A stretch of 64,000 nucleotides of DNA from Octopus vulgaris. Its lineage: Eukaryota. Of the stretch, positions 1 through 13,738 are shown one piece after another (within the stretch, counting starts at the first letter, position 1; each line of letters begins with the position of its first letter). The stretch spans positions 87,730,001-87,794,000 of the forward strand of contig OX597817.1 of assembly GCA_951406725.2 (NCBI GenBank), written 5' to 3'. A program made the translations under genes and the position numbers. The notes under the pieces were generated by a model. It had not been told where the DNA came from. It worked only from the letters and a program-made list of their open reading frames with translations, and made no database searches.

Positions 1-295
1 TCACACTCCAATGAATCTATCCACCCGCCTCCCAATCCTCTGTCCTTAATCTCTCTTTCACTCACTTTTTGGTAGCTTGAGACTACCAACTCTAACACCT
101 CCTTATCACCTTCAGCTGTCTTTCCAGCTACTCCCACTATAATGCAAGGTAGCCATATATCTCCTCTGTTGCAAAACACATGTACCTGTCACTCTATCAC
201 ACATTAGCCTCTCAACACTTGGCCTAAAGCCACTTTCCTGTTTGTTACAACCCCGCTTTCAGTCAAGGGGGATGTTTCTTTGTCTTGCAAGTTAC

Positions 296-900
296 ATGGT
301 AACCTCTCTGCACACTGAGAGATTGGCATTAGGAAGAGCATCAACTATGGAAGCCTTGCCAAAATAGACTCTCAAGATTAATGCATTCTTCTGGCTCATT
401 GGATCCTATCAAATCATCCAACCCTTGCCAGCATGGAAGACAGTCATTGAACTGTCATCATCATCATCATCAATGACATTTAATGTCCATTTTCCATGCT
501 GGCATGGGTTGGATGACTTGATAGGAACTGGCAAGGCCAGGGGCTGCACCAGGTTCCATAGTCTGTTTTGGCTTGGTTTCCATGGCTAGATGCCTTCCTA
601 ATGTCAACCACTCCACAGAGTGTACAGGGTGCTTTTTATGTGGCACCATCTAAAGAAATTATTCAATATATAAGAAATTGTTGTGACTATGATGTTAACT
701 GTTTAAATTCATAAATAAATAAATTTCCTTTTCTTAATTAGCCTTTCTCATCTCCCACCTTTTCATCATCATCATCATCATTTAACGTCCGTTTTCCATG
801 CTAGCATGGGTTGGATGGTTTTACCGGGATCTAGGAAGCCAGGAGGCTGCACCAGGCTCCAGTCTGATCTGGCAGTGTTTCTACAGCTGGATGCCCATTC
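296..900. mobile_element. Cluster of three RTE-LINE 3'-end fragments (one +, two -)
   Basis: Same terminal motif as the long RTE copies (GGAAGGGCATCCAGC...AACCCATGCTAGCATGGAAAA) with (CAT)n/(GAT)n tails. Confidence 0.75.
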
Positions 901-1139
901 ATGAGTATTCATTCTGATGTGAGCACACACACACACATACAAATATTCACATACATATGCACATACATATTTTATTTCTTACATCAATGCATCACTTCCC
1001 TTGGTAAAATTTTCCCTTGTTTGCAAGTATGTATACTTTTATATATGTGTAGGTTTATGTACATAAGTGTAGATATTTGCTAAACTGCCCTTACTCTGTT
1101 GTAGCTCTTTAGCACCTTTTAGTGCACAATCGTTTTTAA

Positions 1140-1625
1140 CCCTTTAGTGTTCATATTACTCTGTCAAATAAGTTTATTTATTCATTGTTTTGAATTAATA
1201 ATCATGCATTATCTTGCAGCTTTGAGATTTTGAATGATGCAATTTTTTGTTCTTAGAATAAAGATGAAGTAAAGTTACCTTTGTGAGTCATAAAAACTCA
1301 AGGACCGGTTTCCCTGTTTCATGGCATATGTATTCCCCATCTGGACGGGATACTGGTCTGTCGCAGGATTGCTCATTTTTGCCAGCTGAGTGGACTGGAG
1401 CAACGTGGAATGAAATGTTTTACTCAAGAACACGTGTTGCCCAGTCCAGAAATTGAAACCACAACCTTACAATCATGAGTCCAATACCTTAACCACAAAG
1501 CCACACACCTCTACTTATTTCTTAGAATGGCATTGTGGGATAGGTGTAACAAGCCAGATCTGGCCAGTTTGAATATAAAACAGGTAGACTATTTGGGTCT
1601 GATATGGCCAGTTTAAATGCTAAAC
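1140..1625. mobile_element. piggyBac-like TTAA MITE interrupted by a tRNA-derived SINE (about 1258-1512, - strand)
   Basis: Starts TTAA|CCCTTT and shares its body with 43852-44017 and 11800-11945. The insert resembles the SINEs at 18915-19250 and 21990-22200. Confidence 0.55.
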
Positions 1626-1984
1626 ATTACTGCCCCTTTCTCCTACCCCTTCAGTGTTCCTACTAACACTCTTTCACTCTTTTATTATTTTCTCTTGCAC
1701 AATCTCTAAACCTCTTTGATCAGTGCACATACATCCCATAATACACAAATTTGTAAATCTTATATAACTATACAACTTAAAGACTTTCGATTTATGTAAC
1801 TTCTTACATTTTTTGTTATTATTAATTTCCTTTTTTTTTTTTTTACCAATTTTCCCTGTTCTTTTTTTCAATTTTTAAATAAAAACAACAATGCTAAAAA
1901 AATTTTTTTTTAAAAAGCAAGATTGGTATGTTTCGGTGTTATATTCTTCAGAAATGTTGTTAATTTTCAACTGAGTGTGAAGAG

Positions 1985-2178
1985 ATGGCTGCACCAGCTG
2001 CAGATGATCGAACCGAATTTTCTACGATGGAAGAGAAACTTGACAGTTCAGGTGAACTGGTGAAGAGAATCAAACAATTATTCATTTGTTTGGAACCATA
2101 CATCCATGATGCTAGATCTCTTCAACAAGTTGAAGAAACACTACGACACCTTGAGGAATATAACGATAACTTCCACAG
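1985..2178 (+). CDS. TBC1D32: TBC1 domain family member 32 / protein broad-minded (BROMI), coding exon 1
   Basis: ATG at 1985. The translation ...SLQQVEETLRHLEEYNDNFHR matches the recalled vertebrate TBC1D32 N-terminus ([21 protein letters not shown]). Donor CAG|GTTATG at 2179, phase 2. Confidence 0.88.
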
Positions 2179-3595
2179 GTTATGCACAACTTTCTCATTT
2201 ATTTGATTTCTTTGGAGTTTTTTTTTTACTTTTAGTGTTTGTTGTTATTACTTTTAGATGATTTCCATTTCCATTTCTTGTTTTATCTAAACTACTTTTG
2301 ATTTTTATTGCAGAAAAATATGAAGTTAAATTCCTCTGTAAATGATTATAATTGCATTTATTTAATTCTTTTTATCATTCTTTAAAATTCAAATTATTAA
2401 TTAAATGTTAATGATTTTAGAAATAAGTATATGTTTAATTAAGTCAGTTTTTTTAATGGCTTTTTGGAAAAAAAATACAACTTGCAAGTAGCTGTCAGTT
2501 GTTAACGTTGCCTGTTGAGTTTGACCTTCATCATAATTAATGTTTTGGATTAATAAAATGACAGTAACCTTTGCTGAAACTTCAAAACATACATGACATT
2601 TCCCTTAGAATTTTAATTTTTTTTTTATTTTGCTTTCTCATGTCGCTTTAGTACTTCTTTTATTTTTATAATGAGATGGTTACAATTCAGCGAAGAGAGA
2701 GAAAAACAAGAAGTGATTAGAGAGCAGATTATAATGTTAAGAGACCATCCAACTGCTAGACTGAATAAAAGATATAAATAATATGAAAACATTATTAAAA
2801 ATGATTCTCTAAGTTACCAATTTCTATGGCCATAGAACCTGATCTTCAATTAGTTTTCCATTGATACTTTAATCTAAAAGAACAAGCTGATACCTCTCAC
2901 TCTTTTCCATTCTCCCTCTTTCTGCCTTTCTTTCTCTCATTGAGAAGCAGATGGATTAGACACCATAGTTTTATTAGGTGCTAATTTATTCAGTGTTGAT
3001 AACATATTTATTTTATAACCCACCACCAATCAATATCCAATTTAAATTCTTGTTTCAGAGTTTGTAGAAAAAACTTACAAACAGGAAATCCAGTGACTTG
3101 ATAAAACTTTTAAGAAAAAGAAAATGGGGAAAAGTTTTATAGTTTTGGGATGTAGAAGAGTAAAAGACCAAGATATCAACTACAACGTTAATAGATATTT
3201 TCACTTTGTGTTTTCTGATAAATTAACACTGCTACAGATTGTACTAATCTTGTCATTTCTGTTGATACTGTTGATACGTTTCTGTGAAATACAGTAACAT
3301 ATCACATTTGTTATACATACCTCTTTTATCTTTACCTTCTACTTGTTTCAGTCATTTGACTGCAGCCATGCTGGGGCACTACCTTAAAGAGTTTTTAGTC
3401 AAAAAATTGACCTCAAGGCTAATTTTTGTTTCTAAAACCTGGTACTTATTCTATTGGTCTCTTTTTCTGAACCTCTAACTTATGGGAACATAAACACACC
3501 AACACCAGTTATCAAGCAGTGGTGGGGGACAAACGCAGAAACAAAGACAGACACATATAGGTATAGACATATATATATATGTATATATATATATA

Positions 3596-4848
3596 TTGGG
3601 TGTCCCATAAATAATGTGGTTTTTTCAATTGTATGAACTAAAAGTTGGAAGCGGACGAGATAAACTACCTGCATCAACATGCTATAAAAGCAGGTAGTAA
3701 TTTTGCCATGTCCTTATTCTTAATGTAAGTTTTGAAGAGTGCAGTTCAATTTTAACAGTTATTTTTTCAAAGCTATAATGGCAGTGACAAAGGAACATAT
3801 TCAGCATATTTTGCTTTATGAGTTCAATAAAGGCAACAATGCAACAGAGAGTGCAAGGAATATTAATGCATAATATCCCTAAATATTAATAAATATTAAT
3901 GCAGTATATGGGGATCAGAGAATAAATGTAAGCCAGTGTCAACAGTGATTCCAGAAATTCTGAGCCGGAAACTACTGCCTTGAAGACGAGCCTTGACCTG
4001 GAAGATCTGTAAAGCTTGATGAAGATGTCCTGTAAACTCTGGTGGAACAAAATCCCATTGCAACTGTTGAAGAACTAGCAGAGAAGCTTGGATTTGGTCA
4101 TTCAACCATTCATCAACACCTGTGTGCCATTGTAAAAGTCAGCAGATTGGGTCAGTGGGTTCCTCACATACTTTCTGAGTCTAATCGTGCGCAGAGATTG
4201 AATGCGTGCTCTTCTTTGCTGTCATGTCTCATGTGACTGGTGATGAGAAATGTGTTCTCTATAAAAATGTCAAGCACTGAAGACAGTGGGTAGGGAAAGT
4301 CTTTACCCACATAAGGTGTTGTTATCTCTTTGGTGGGATATGAAAGGTTTAGTCTACTTTGAACTTTTAAATCCAAACCAGAGGTAACAGATGAGATCTA
4401 CTGAGAGCAGCTTAAGTCAGAACTAGAAGCAAAATGACCGTCTTTGGTTTCAAGATGAAAGGTGTTCTTCCATCAGGATAATGCTCGGCCATATGCAGTG
4501 AGGATGACATTCCAAAGGCTGGAGCAGTTTGAATGGGAAACAATGCCCCACCCACCATATTCACCGGACATTGCCCCATCTGATTATCTTTTATTCCACA
4601 GTCTTCAAAATCATTTCAATGAAAAAAATATGAATTCTGTAGATGAGGTCAGAAGAGTACTGGAGGAGTATTTTTCATCACAGACAAGTGAATTTTGGAA
4701 GAGGCATCCTTGCAAGTCTACTAGATAGATGGAAGAGTATTGTAGAAAATGAAGGAGAGTATATTTTAGATTAAAACAGAATTTTGTTTATCTTAATTTT
4801 GAAAAATAAAAGAAGTATAAAAACCACATTACTTATGGGGTGACCCAA
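3596..4848 (+). mobile_element. Mariner (DD34D) transposon, near full-length, inactivated
   Basis: TA-flanked TIRs of about 28 bp (TTGGGTGTCCCATAAATAATGTGGTTT / AAACCACATTACTTATGGGGTGACCCAA). Transposase from ATG 3778 with WVPHIL, HQDNARP and YSPDIAPSD motifs, broken by stops and frameshifts. Confidence 0.93.
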
Positions 4849-4858
4849 TATATATATA

Positions 4859-5705
4859 CTAGCAGTATCGCCTGGCGTTGCTCGGGTTTGTAAGGGAAAT
4901 AACTATATAAGCATTTTTAGAGAGTTATAGCAAAAAAATGTATTAAAAATGGAATAAAAAATTATGGTAATTTTTTTTTAAATCGTTGACTCATCGTAGA
5001 CATTTTTAGAGAGTTACTTCCCTTATATAATAGCGAAAAAATGCATTAAAATGGAAAAAATGATGGTAAATTTATTTTTAAATCGTAGACTCATCGTAGA
5101 CGCGCGCTAATACCCAGAAGGGCTCAATATGAATCACAACTATAAGATACCCGGTTTTGGTTAAACTGCACCGCAAAATGTGGGAGTAGTTAGGAATCTA
5201 AACTGTAGGAGACAGACACACAACTTCACTTTTATATATAAAGATTTGTGCAACAACTAAAACATTCGATTGTGCAAATTGTTTGCACAGGAAACCTGCC
5301 CTGTGTGGCGGTTTTTGCCGTTTTTGTGGATCTGTTTCAGCTTTTTTAGCGATTTCTGTTTTGGTGACTTCAAGCCATGAAGTCGTTGTTCTAAAAGAAC
5401 GCTGGTCTCCTTGACAAAGCTTTACAACGTTGATTTCCCTACCCTGCCTTCCCCACAGCTTCACGAGGGAGGGAAGAAGGGGAGGAGCTACACAGGTGCA
5501 GGTGCGAGCATGAACGCCAACGCCACCACCGACACACGAAAAAATTGGAAGAACCCAGACGACAGCTTCAGCCACCACCACGACCAACACCATCACCACT
5601 ACCACCATCACCACCACCACCACTACGCCCATGACCATCACCACCACCATCATCACCACCACCACCATCACCACCACCACCATCATCACCACCCTCACCA
5701 CCACG

Positions 5706-5736
<31 letters not shown>

Positions 5737-6470
5737 CCACCACAAACACGACGACCACCACGACCACCATCACCACTACCAGCACCACCACCACCACCGC
5801 TGCCACTACCACCGCCTCCACCACCACCATACTATGCCTCTGCTCTCTCCTTTTGGCTACTAAATCCATTACCATATTTCACAAGTACCATCGCCATACA
5901 ATATTGCCTTCAAAAGTTTGTGTTTGGATAATATTTTTTAAGTAAAAGTTGTGCAACAACTAAAGCATTCGGTTGTGAAAATTCTTTGCACGGGAAACCT
6001 TCCCTGTGTGGCGTGTTTCCCGATTTTGTAGAATTTGCTTTCGGGCTTTCTTAGCCATTTCTGTTTTGGTGTCTTCAAGCCATGAAGTCGTTGTTCTAAA
6101 AGAACGCTGGTCTCCTTGACAACGCTTTACGATGTTGATTTCCTTACACTCCCTTCCCCACAGCTTCACGAGGGAGGGAAGAAGGGGGAGAAGCAACACA
6201 GGTGCAGGTGTGAGCATGGACGCCAACTCCGCCGCCATCGACACACGAAAAAATTGGAAGAACCCCAAAAAATATGCTTTAAAATGGAAAAAAATTATGG
6301 TAAATTATTTTTAAAATTGTAGACTCATCGTAGACGCGCGCTAATACCCAGAAGGGCTCGATATGAATCACGACTATAAGATACCCGGTTTTGGTTAAAC
6401 TGCACCGCAAAATGTGGGAGTAGTTAGGAATCTAAATCGTAGGAGACAAACACTCACACAACTTCACTTT

Positions 6471-6478
<8 letters not shown>
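4859..6478 (-). mobile_element. Non-autonomous Helitron, composite with internal duplications
   Basis: On the - strand the 3' end is a GC-rich hairpin-like motif followed by CTAG|T (4859-4862). A 5' A|TC end lies at 5244. The 5' terminal block recurs at about 6265-6478, and 5245-5552 recurs at about 5948-6265. Confidence 0.7.
5568..5830. repeat. (CAC/CAT/CAA)n trinucleotide low-complexity tract
   Basis: Seen directly; source of the poly-H, poly-T and poly-V pseudo-ORFs. Confidence 0.95.
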
Positions 6479-6504
<26 letters not shown>

Positions 6505-9500
6505 ATGGGCTTTTTCAGTTTCCATCTACCAAATCCACTCACTAGGTTTTGGTTGACCTGAGCTTATAGTAGGAGACACTTGCTGAAGATACCATACTGT
6601 GGGACTGAACCTGGAACCATGTGGCTGGGAAGCAAGCTTCTTACCACACAGCTACACTTGCATACTATATGTACAGAGAGAGAGAGACAAACTGTTTCTT
6701 ATTTCTTTTATATGGATGTTTTATTTTTTATTTAATTTCTGGTTGTGGGTGGGTGTCTTTTTGTTTCAAGAGAATAATAAAGACGTGCAGTACCCCTTTA
6801 CAAAACAGTACAAGCATTTTTCTTTATCCTGTTATTGTTTGATAACCAGAGTGTAGCCGTATGTGCTGGTGTGCAGGATTAAACTTCTATTATCTTTTAC
6901 AAGTCTCTCCCTTGTTTATATACCTTTTGTTAGTGATTACCTCATTTGTTACAGAATGTATGGAGATATAGGATATATTTGCAACGGTAACCTCATTCTT
7001 ACAAATGAATCGTCCATTGTATTCCACAACACCCTTTGTAACTAAATTAGCTTTTATGTATATTTTTATGTCTTTTCTTTGATATGTATTTCATATCTAC
7101 CTGATTGATCTGTAAATTTAGTAATGCTACACTGACCAAACTAATAATGCCATCTGATTCAATAGAAACTTCTATTTTTGTCTCTATTCAAATGAAGCAT
7201 GTTAATACCAATGATTCCACTGTTCATACAAAGCTTTCATTGTCTTCTTAGTGTTCTTATAGTGTCTATATCTCATTGTACTGCTGCTCTCCAGTGAGCT
7301 GTAGCTGATCATGTTGCTTGTGTTTCTGTTCTATTTTCTCAACTGGTCTTATAAAAAAAAAACAACAAAAAAAACCAGAAAGAAAGACACCCCTTATCCT
7401 CTGATTATTCCAAGAGATATTAGACTAACCGAAAAACACTTGGTTTCATTTAACCTTATAAATAAACCATGCCCTGAAATGAAATTTGTTCTTAGATCTT
7501 ACATTATGTTTGCTTGCTTTGGTAAATGCTAGTATTTACCTAGCAATCAAAGATAACACACATAAGTAGCATCAAAAAATCTAAATATAAACTGTTTGCT
7601 GTATTCTTCCATTATTGTAGGATTATAAAAACAATACCAACAAAAACAAAGGTCATTATTTTCAACTTTCTTAAACACAGTTTCTTTTGGCTGTTGTATT
7701 TATTTATTTACCTTGAGTGTTTTTCTAAAAAGATTCATTTAAAGATAGCATTCATCCTCATCGTTTTAAATAGCAGCCAGATATCCTTCACACACTACTA
7801 CTGTATCTTGATAAGAAGGGATGGTCACTGCTGGAATGCTGTTGATGATAGGTCTGCTGGATCAAGGTTGGTCAAGTGCTAAATACACAACAGCAAAAAT
7901 AAGCTCAAATCAAATAATTTCTGGTATATTAATTGTAATTGCTGCTGCAGATTTTATTATCAACCACATAAAAAATCTTAGCTGTTAGCTCCTAGTTTCT
8001 ACGCTGTTTTCTTTGTTTATTTTTTCTACCAGCGATATCTTGTACTGTCATCTCATAACACATCTTCACTCATGATTGATGATTAATAAAATTTACATGT
8101 ATTGGAATTATAGGCATTACATTGCTACCAAGATATATTCAAAGTACAAGACTCATCATAATCATCATCATCATCACTTTACACCCATTCTCCATGCTGG
8201 CATGGCTTGGATAATATTTTTCAATGTAGGCATGGCAACAGATTTGGCCACATCATCGTCATCATCATCTTCATGTAGCATCTGCTTTCCATGCTGGCAT
8301 GGGTTAGGCAGTTTGATTGAAATTGGTAAGCTGGAGGGCTACACCAGGTTCCAAAATGATTTGGCATGGTTTCTACAGCTGAAGGCCCTTCCTAATGCCA
8401 ACCACTCCAAGAATGTAATATGTGCCTCTAGCACAAGTGCCATTTACATGACTACACGGGTTCTATTTTTCTTTTACTTGTCTGATATCCATAAAATAAT
8501 ATGACTAGATGCCCTTCCTAACACCAACTATTTTTGTATAGTGTACTGGGAGCTGTTTACATGGCACCATCACTAGTTATGTTGCTTTGTAACTCACAAG
8601 ATTAAAGAGCTTTTACTGCATAAAGAGGAAATAAGAGAGAGAAAAATGAATTTTGGTGAGGGGTTGAGAGAAGTTGAATGGGAGGAATAGATTTATTATT
8701 GTGATAGGATATTACTGGAGAGAGTAACAGAGGAGTTTATGTTGGGGGAATAATGGAAGGCAAAAAGTAATGTCAAGAATAATTGAGAAAAAGAGAGAGA
8801 CTGACAGACTGTTAAGGGTGATGGAGTGGATTGAGTAGTGAGGAATCCAGTGCTGTCCTTTATTATAAGGGTGAATGTAGATGAGGAGGTTGTGTGTATT
8901 ATAAAAATATTTGTCTGATGAAGTCATAGAGCTGCACCAAGAAAGTTTTCCTCCATCCAAGTGCAGACCTGTACAAGATTCTTTATGGAAGACCAGCATA
9001 TACCTCTTTGGCATGCCACCATTGTAATCCAAGGGAAGGGCTAGGACCAATACAATTTGACATCAGTGTCATCACAGTTCACTACAGCACAAAGATTCAG
9101 TGCAGATATATCAAAGCATCCCATCCTATCCCATCCTAACAGTTTCACCAAATCTGTAACCCTCAGTCAGTATTTAATAAATCATCCACCTACCCATCCA
9201 TTCAATGAAATAATCTTACACAACATGAGATAGAAATCATTACAAATCAATGTATCATCCACCCCAACACCATTTACTGCAAAGATTACCTGATTTCAGT
9301 AAATGTGTTGTAGATATTAAATGTCTGACTGTAAACAGATGGCTACCTTAATGTTGCATCTCTTTAAGTCAGGTGTTTCTTTGTCTGTTAATGTTCCTTG
9401 GCTAATGTATTACAATTCACAGCATAATATCATTTAAAATAAATATTTTATCTAAAACGCACTTAATATTACATTCCTACAGTTTTAAAATAATTCTTTA

Positions 9501-10599
9501 TGCTTTTGATGTTTCTCTATTTTAATACTCTTCATACAAATTTCCTTTCTTTAAATATTTAATAATTACAATTATTTCATCTTCTACTTCCTGTATTTAC
9601 AATTGTCATAAGTTCATATATGTGTGTGTTTTTGTCTTGTTAGTGTGTGTTTGAGAAAGAGTTTAAAAAGATACATATTTGTGTTGGTATGTATATAGTA
9701 TATATGCTTTATGTATACACATAGATAGAAAACACATGGATAAATAATATCTTATATTTAGGTGGGGTTCATAACAATCAGTATATATACTCACATATAC
9801 ACATTTATGTGTGGGTGTGTGTGCGTATAAGGTTTTGAGAGAGAGAAAGAGTGTTGTTACATCCTTTCAGTTTATATAATGTGTTATATGCTATTGCAGT
9901 ACATCACACTCTGTATTTGCTTTCATACTTAATCATTGGTTGTAGAGTTAAAATATGTAAATTTCATTTGTAGATGGCGTTGTTTTCATTATAAATTCAT
10001 TCTTTAATGAAACCAGACAATTTTTCTTTTATTTTTTCATCTTCAAAACATGGAACTCAGTTTGGTTTGTATAAATACATTTTGATAACACAGTAGCATA
10101 CACATACATGAGCTCATGCAAATATCACAAACCAAATGATGATCCTCTCTTTAGTCATTGCTAGAAATAACAGCAAATTCTCTCTCAAATTACACCCTGA
10201 CAGCTAATGAAAGAAAAGGAAGGACATAATGGATAAAGTAGCCTGAGATACATATCTGAAAAGATGGGATGATCATAGTTAGAATGCCTTTCATAGTCAG
10301 CCCTCATCAAGTAGCCCTACTAAGTTCCAAACAAGATGTAAACTTCTAGGACACTATTAATAGCTAACTGGTTTGGATGTTATTTGACTAGTATTTAGAG
10401 GCCAAAGATAAATATTTCTTCAACTTTACTTTGCATGTAGATAATCTCAGTCAGAAACATACATATCAAACTATTTATGTTAGATAAATGATACACATGC
10501 AACACAGAGAGTTATTGAAATATCCATGAAATTAGCCCTTGTATGATAAAATATGGGACTGTGAGCCAAAATGATGTGATCAGCTTTTTTAGTAGATTT

Positions 10600-10975
10600 A
10601 GGTATGGCTGTGTGTTTAAGAAGCTTGCTTCCAAACCACATGGTTCTGGATTCAGTCTCACTGCAAGTATCTTCTACTATAGCCTTGGGCTGACCTAGGC
10701 CTTATGAGTAAATTTGGTTGACAGAAACTGAAAGAAGCCTGTTGTATGTATGTGTCTTTGTGTCTGCGTTTGTTCTCCATCACTACTTGATAACTGGTGT
10801 TGATTTATTCAAGTCCCTGTAACTTAGCAGTTCACCAAAAGGAGACTGATAGAATAAGTACCTGGCTTTTAAAAAAAAGAAGTACTGGGGTCAATTCCTT
10901 CAACTAAAAAGTTCTTCAATGCTCTGCCCCAACATGGCCACAATCTAATGATTGAAACAGATAAAAGACAAAAGA
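10600..10975 (+). mobile_element. tRNA-derived SINE (GGCTGTGTGGTAAGAAGC family)
   Basis: A/B-box-like head, GAAACTGAAAGAAGCC core and GATAAAAGA tail, shared with copies at 15370-15900, 29080-29490, 44224-44570 and 62820-63130. Confidence 0.8.
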
Positions 10976-10984
10976 TATCAGTGT

Positions 10985-11212
10985 TAGGCCAGGTATGGAG
11001 GCATGTGCCATTGGAGCACATTGCTGCCTCTACCATCTGCTCAGGTCATCATGGGCAATCTCCAAGCAGTGTCCTAGTCAGTTCTCATCTCCACAAGATA
11101 CTTCCTCATCAACCATGACCATGAGACTTGGTCAACCAGCACGAGCAATCAACAAGTGGTCACTCCACCAGATCATCAGAGAAGAGAACACAGTATGCAG
11201 GATCTGACTCTG
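10985..11212 (-). mobile_element. Decayed 3' end of an RTE-X-like LINE
   Basis: The minus strand gives DPAYCVLF... and ...VEAAMCSNGTCLHTWPN in broken frames, resembling recalled RTE-X ORF2 C-termini. Confidence 0.4.
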
Positions 11213-11952
11213 AAAATCAAGCAACACAACCAATACCAGTTCACTTAAATTTTAAACCGATTCAGTTTGAAATACTAAGAAATAAGAGCAATTTGTACTA
11301 CTACGAAATAGGAGCAGTTTATACTACAAAGAAAATTGATCCCAAAAGGTTTACTGAATGGTAAAATTAGCAGTAAAAGACCTACAGGGAAAATGTAATT
11401 CAGTATTCATATTAGTGACTCAGCACAACTTTCCATTAAATGCCAAAAGCAATTTTCCCTTCAGTACAATGTCCATTAATCTACAACACAATGACCATTA
11501 ATAAACCTTAATGACGTTCATTTTATTTTACAAAGTTCTTATTTTGATCAGAACCAGCAATTGTGGATGTTCACTTTTATGTTGTACTTACAAGAACAGA
11601 GGATTATCTGAATTTAATTGATAAATATTTGGTGCTGCAACACTGAGAATGTTGCATGTACAAGTCTTAATGTTTATATTTATACATCATATTTTAGTTC
11701 AATCAAATCATAAACAGAGAAATTAAAATTTTAAAACCTTCCTCTTCTCTTAAGTTTCTTCAAGTTAGTAAGACTATGATGATGATGATGTAGGATTTTA
11801 ACACTTTAGCATTCAGATTTCTTAGTCAAACGTAATGCTTGTTTATTTACATTGTTTCCAATTAATCATGCATTATCTTGTAGCTTCAAGATTTCAATAG
11901 TGTATTTGTATATTTTTGGAATGGCATTATAGGGTAGGTGTAACATATTTCT

Positions 11953-11986
<34 letters not shown>

Positions 11987-12015
11987 ATACAATATGTTAC
12001 ATTACTCGGTAGTCA

Positions 12016-12078
12016 AGATAAAACTCTGAGTTTCAGATGCCGAAGTGGAAATCCACAACACCATCTCTTCGGTTATCT
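12016..12078 (-). ncRNA. Identical hammerhead copy in the inverted PLE arm
   Basis: Exact reverse complement of 13739-13801. Confidence 0.68.
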
Positions 12079-12653
12079 GGCTATTTGAAAACGTTATGAA
12101 AAAATACCGTTAAAAATGAAGGGAAATTACTCTGTTATAACTCTGCTTTGCCTGCGTACTTATACATCGCTCGCATTTTTCGTCATAAAAATTATATAAA
12201 AATACATAAAAATATATAAAAATATATAAAAATATATAAAATCTTCTTGGGACATAACACAGAAAGCATGTTCTATCCGTTTTCTTTAGGGGACCAAAAA
12301 CGTAACAGAAATTTAGTCACATGTGGGCATGATCCGAAAAGCTCTGTCCTTGTATTTAGACATGTGGTAGGGTCTAAGCTGCTTTTCCAGATAAGCCATC
12401 TCTCCATGTCGCATAAACCGCACCTTCCGCTGCCGTTAGTATAGGGCTTACATCTGGCCAAAATCTTCCATTGTATGTTATAATCGACACCTTTATCTCT
12501 TAAAGACCAAATATGATTGGATAATTGTGTCGCTTTTCTTTTGTTCCAGTGCCTAAAGCTCAAAGTGTGGTTATTGAACCTGGCCTTGAAATTACCCTCT
12601 GTCAGGCCCACGTATTTCTTCGTCGAAACGGTGTCTTTAGTGGTTATAGAGTT

Positions 12654-13564
12654 TATAGGAAGCCCAATGATAGACTAAGTTATATTAATGTAGGTTCATG
12701 CCATCCCCCTATAGTATTCAAAAATTTAGTTAAAATATTAGTAAGAGGATTTCTAGCCTCTCATCTAATGAGGACATCTTCAATAGCGTTGCCCCAGTTT
12801 ATAATAAAGCTTTAAAAGATAGTGGTTTTAGCGAAAAAATAAAATATACACCTATCACCAGCCCAACAATAAGGAAAAGGAATAATAGAAATAGGAAGGT
12901 CATCTGGTTTACGCCCCCTTACTCACCCGAGGTGGCCTTCAATATAGGTAAATATTTCCTAGCACTGATAGATAGACATTTTCCAGTTAACCATGCTTAT
13001 AGGAAACTCTTCAATAGACACAATTTAAAAATTAGTTTTAGTTCAACTACCAATTTTAAAAACATAATCAATCATAACATACAAAAAACACAAGAAGAAA
13101 ACAGCTGTTCATGCAGGAATAAAGAATTGTGCCTGCTAAATGGAGCTTGCATGTCCAAGACCATCATATATGAAGCTACCGTAAACTCTATAACCACTAA
13201 AGACACCGTTTCGACGAAGAAATACGTGGGCCTGACAGAGGGTAATTTCAAGGCCAGGTTCAATAACCACACTTTGAGCTTTAGGCACTGGAACAAAAGA
13301 AAAGCGACACAATTATCCAATCATATTTGGTCTTTAAGAGATAAAGGTGTCGATTATAACATACAATGGAAGATTTTGGCCAGATGTAAGCCCTATACTA
13401 ACGGCAGCGGAAGGTGCGGTTTATGCGACATGGAGAGATGGCTTATCTGGAAAAGCAGCTTAGACCCTACCACATGTCTAAATACAAGGACAGAGCTTTT
13501 CGGATCATGCCCACATGTGACTAAATTTCTGTTACGTTTTTGGTCCCCTAAAGAAAACGGATAG
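12654..13564 (+). pseudogene. PLE ORF fragment: RT thumb, linker and GIY-YIG endonuclease
   Basis: YRKPN..YINVGSCHPP (PLE RT C-terminus), one frameshift near 12735, then WFTPPYS, CSCRNKELC (CxCx5C), IIYEA...YVGLT...FKARFNNH (GIY-YIG), CGLC and LNTRTEL...CPH. Confidence 0.88.
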
Positions 13565-13738
13565 AACATGCTTTCTGTGTTATGTCCCAAGAAGATTTTA
13601 TATATTTTTATGTATTTTTATATAATTTTTATGACGAAAAATGCGAGCGATGTATAAGTACGCAGGCAAAGCAGAGTTATAACAGAGTAATTTCCCTTCA
13701 TTTTTAACGGTATTTTTTCATAACGTTTTCAAATAGCC

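Larger units (their letters stand above)
3322..6660 (-). mobile_element. tRNA-derived SINE (GGCTGTGTGGTAAGAAGC family) split by nested mariner and Helitron insertions
   Basis: The tail part (3322-3590) and head part (6495-6660) correspond to the contiguous copy at 29080-29490. Confidence 0.75.

Noticed and set aside
5198-5945. His-rich, Thr-rich and Val-rich ORFs
   Set aside because: These are translations of a (CAC)n tract inside a Helitron, with no splice or homology support.
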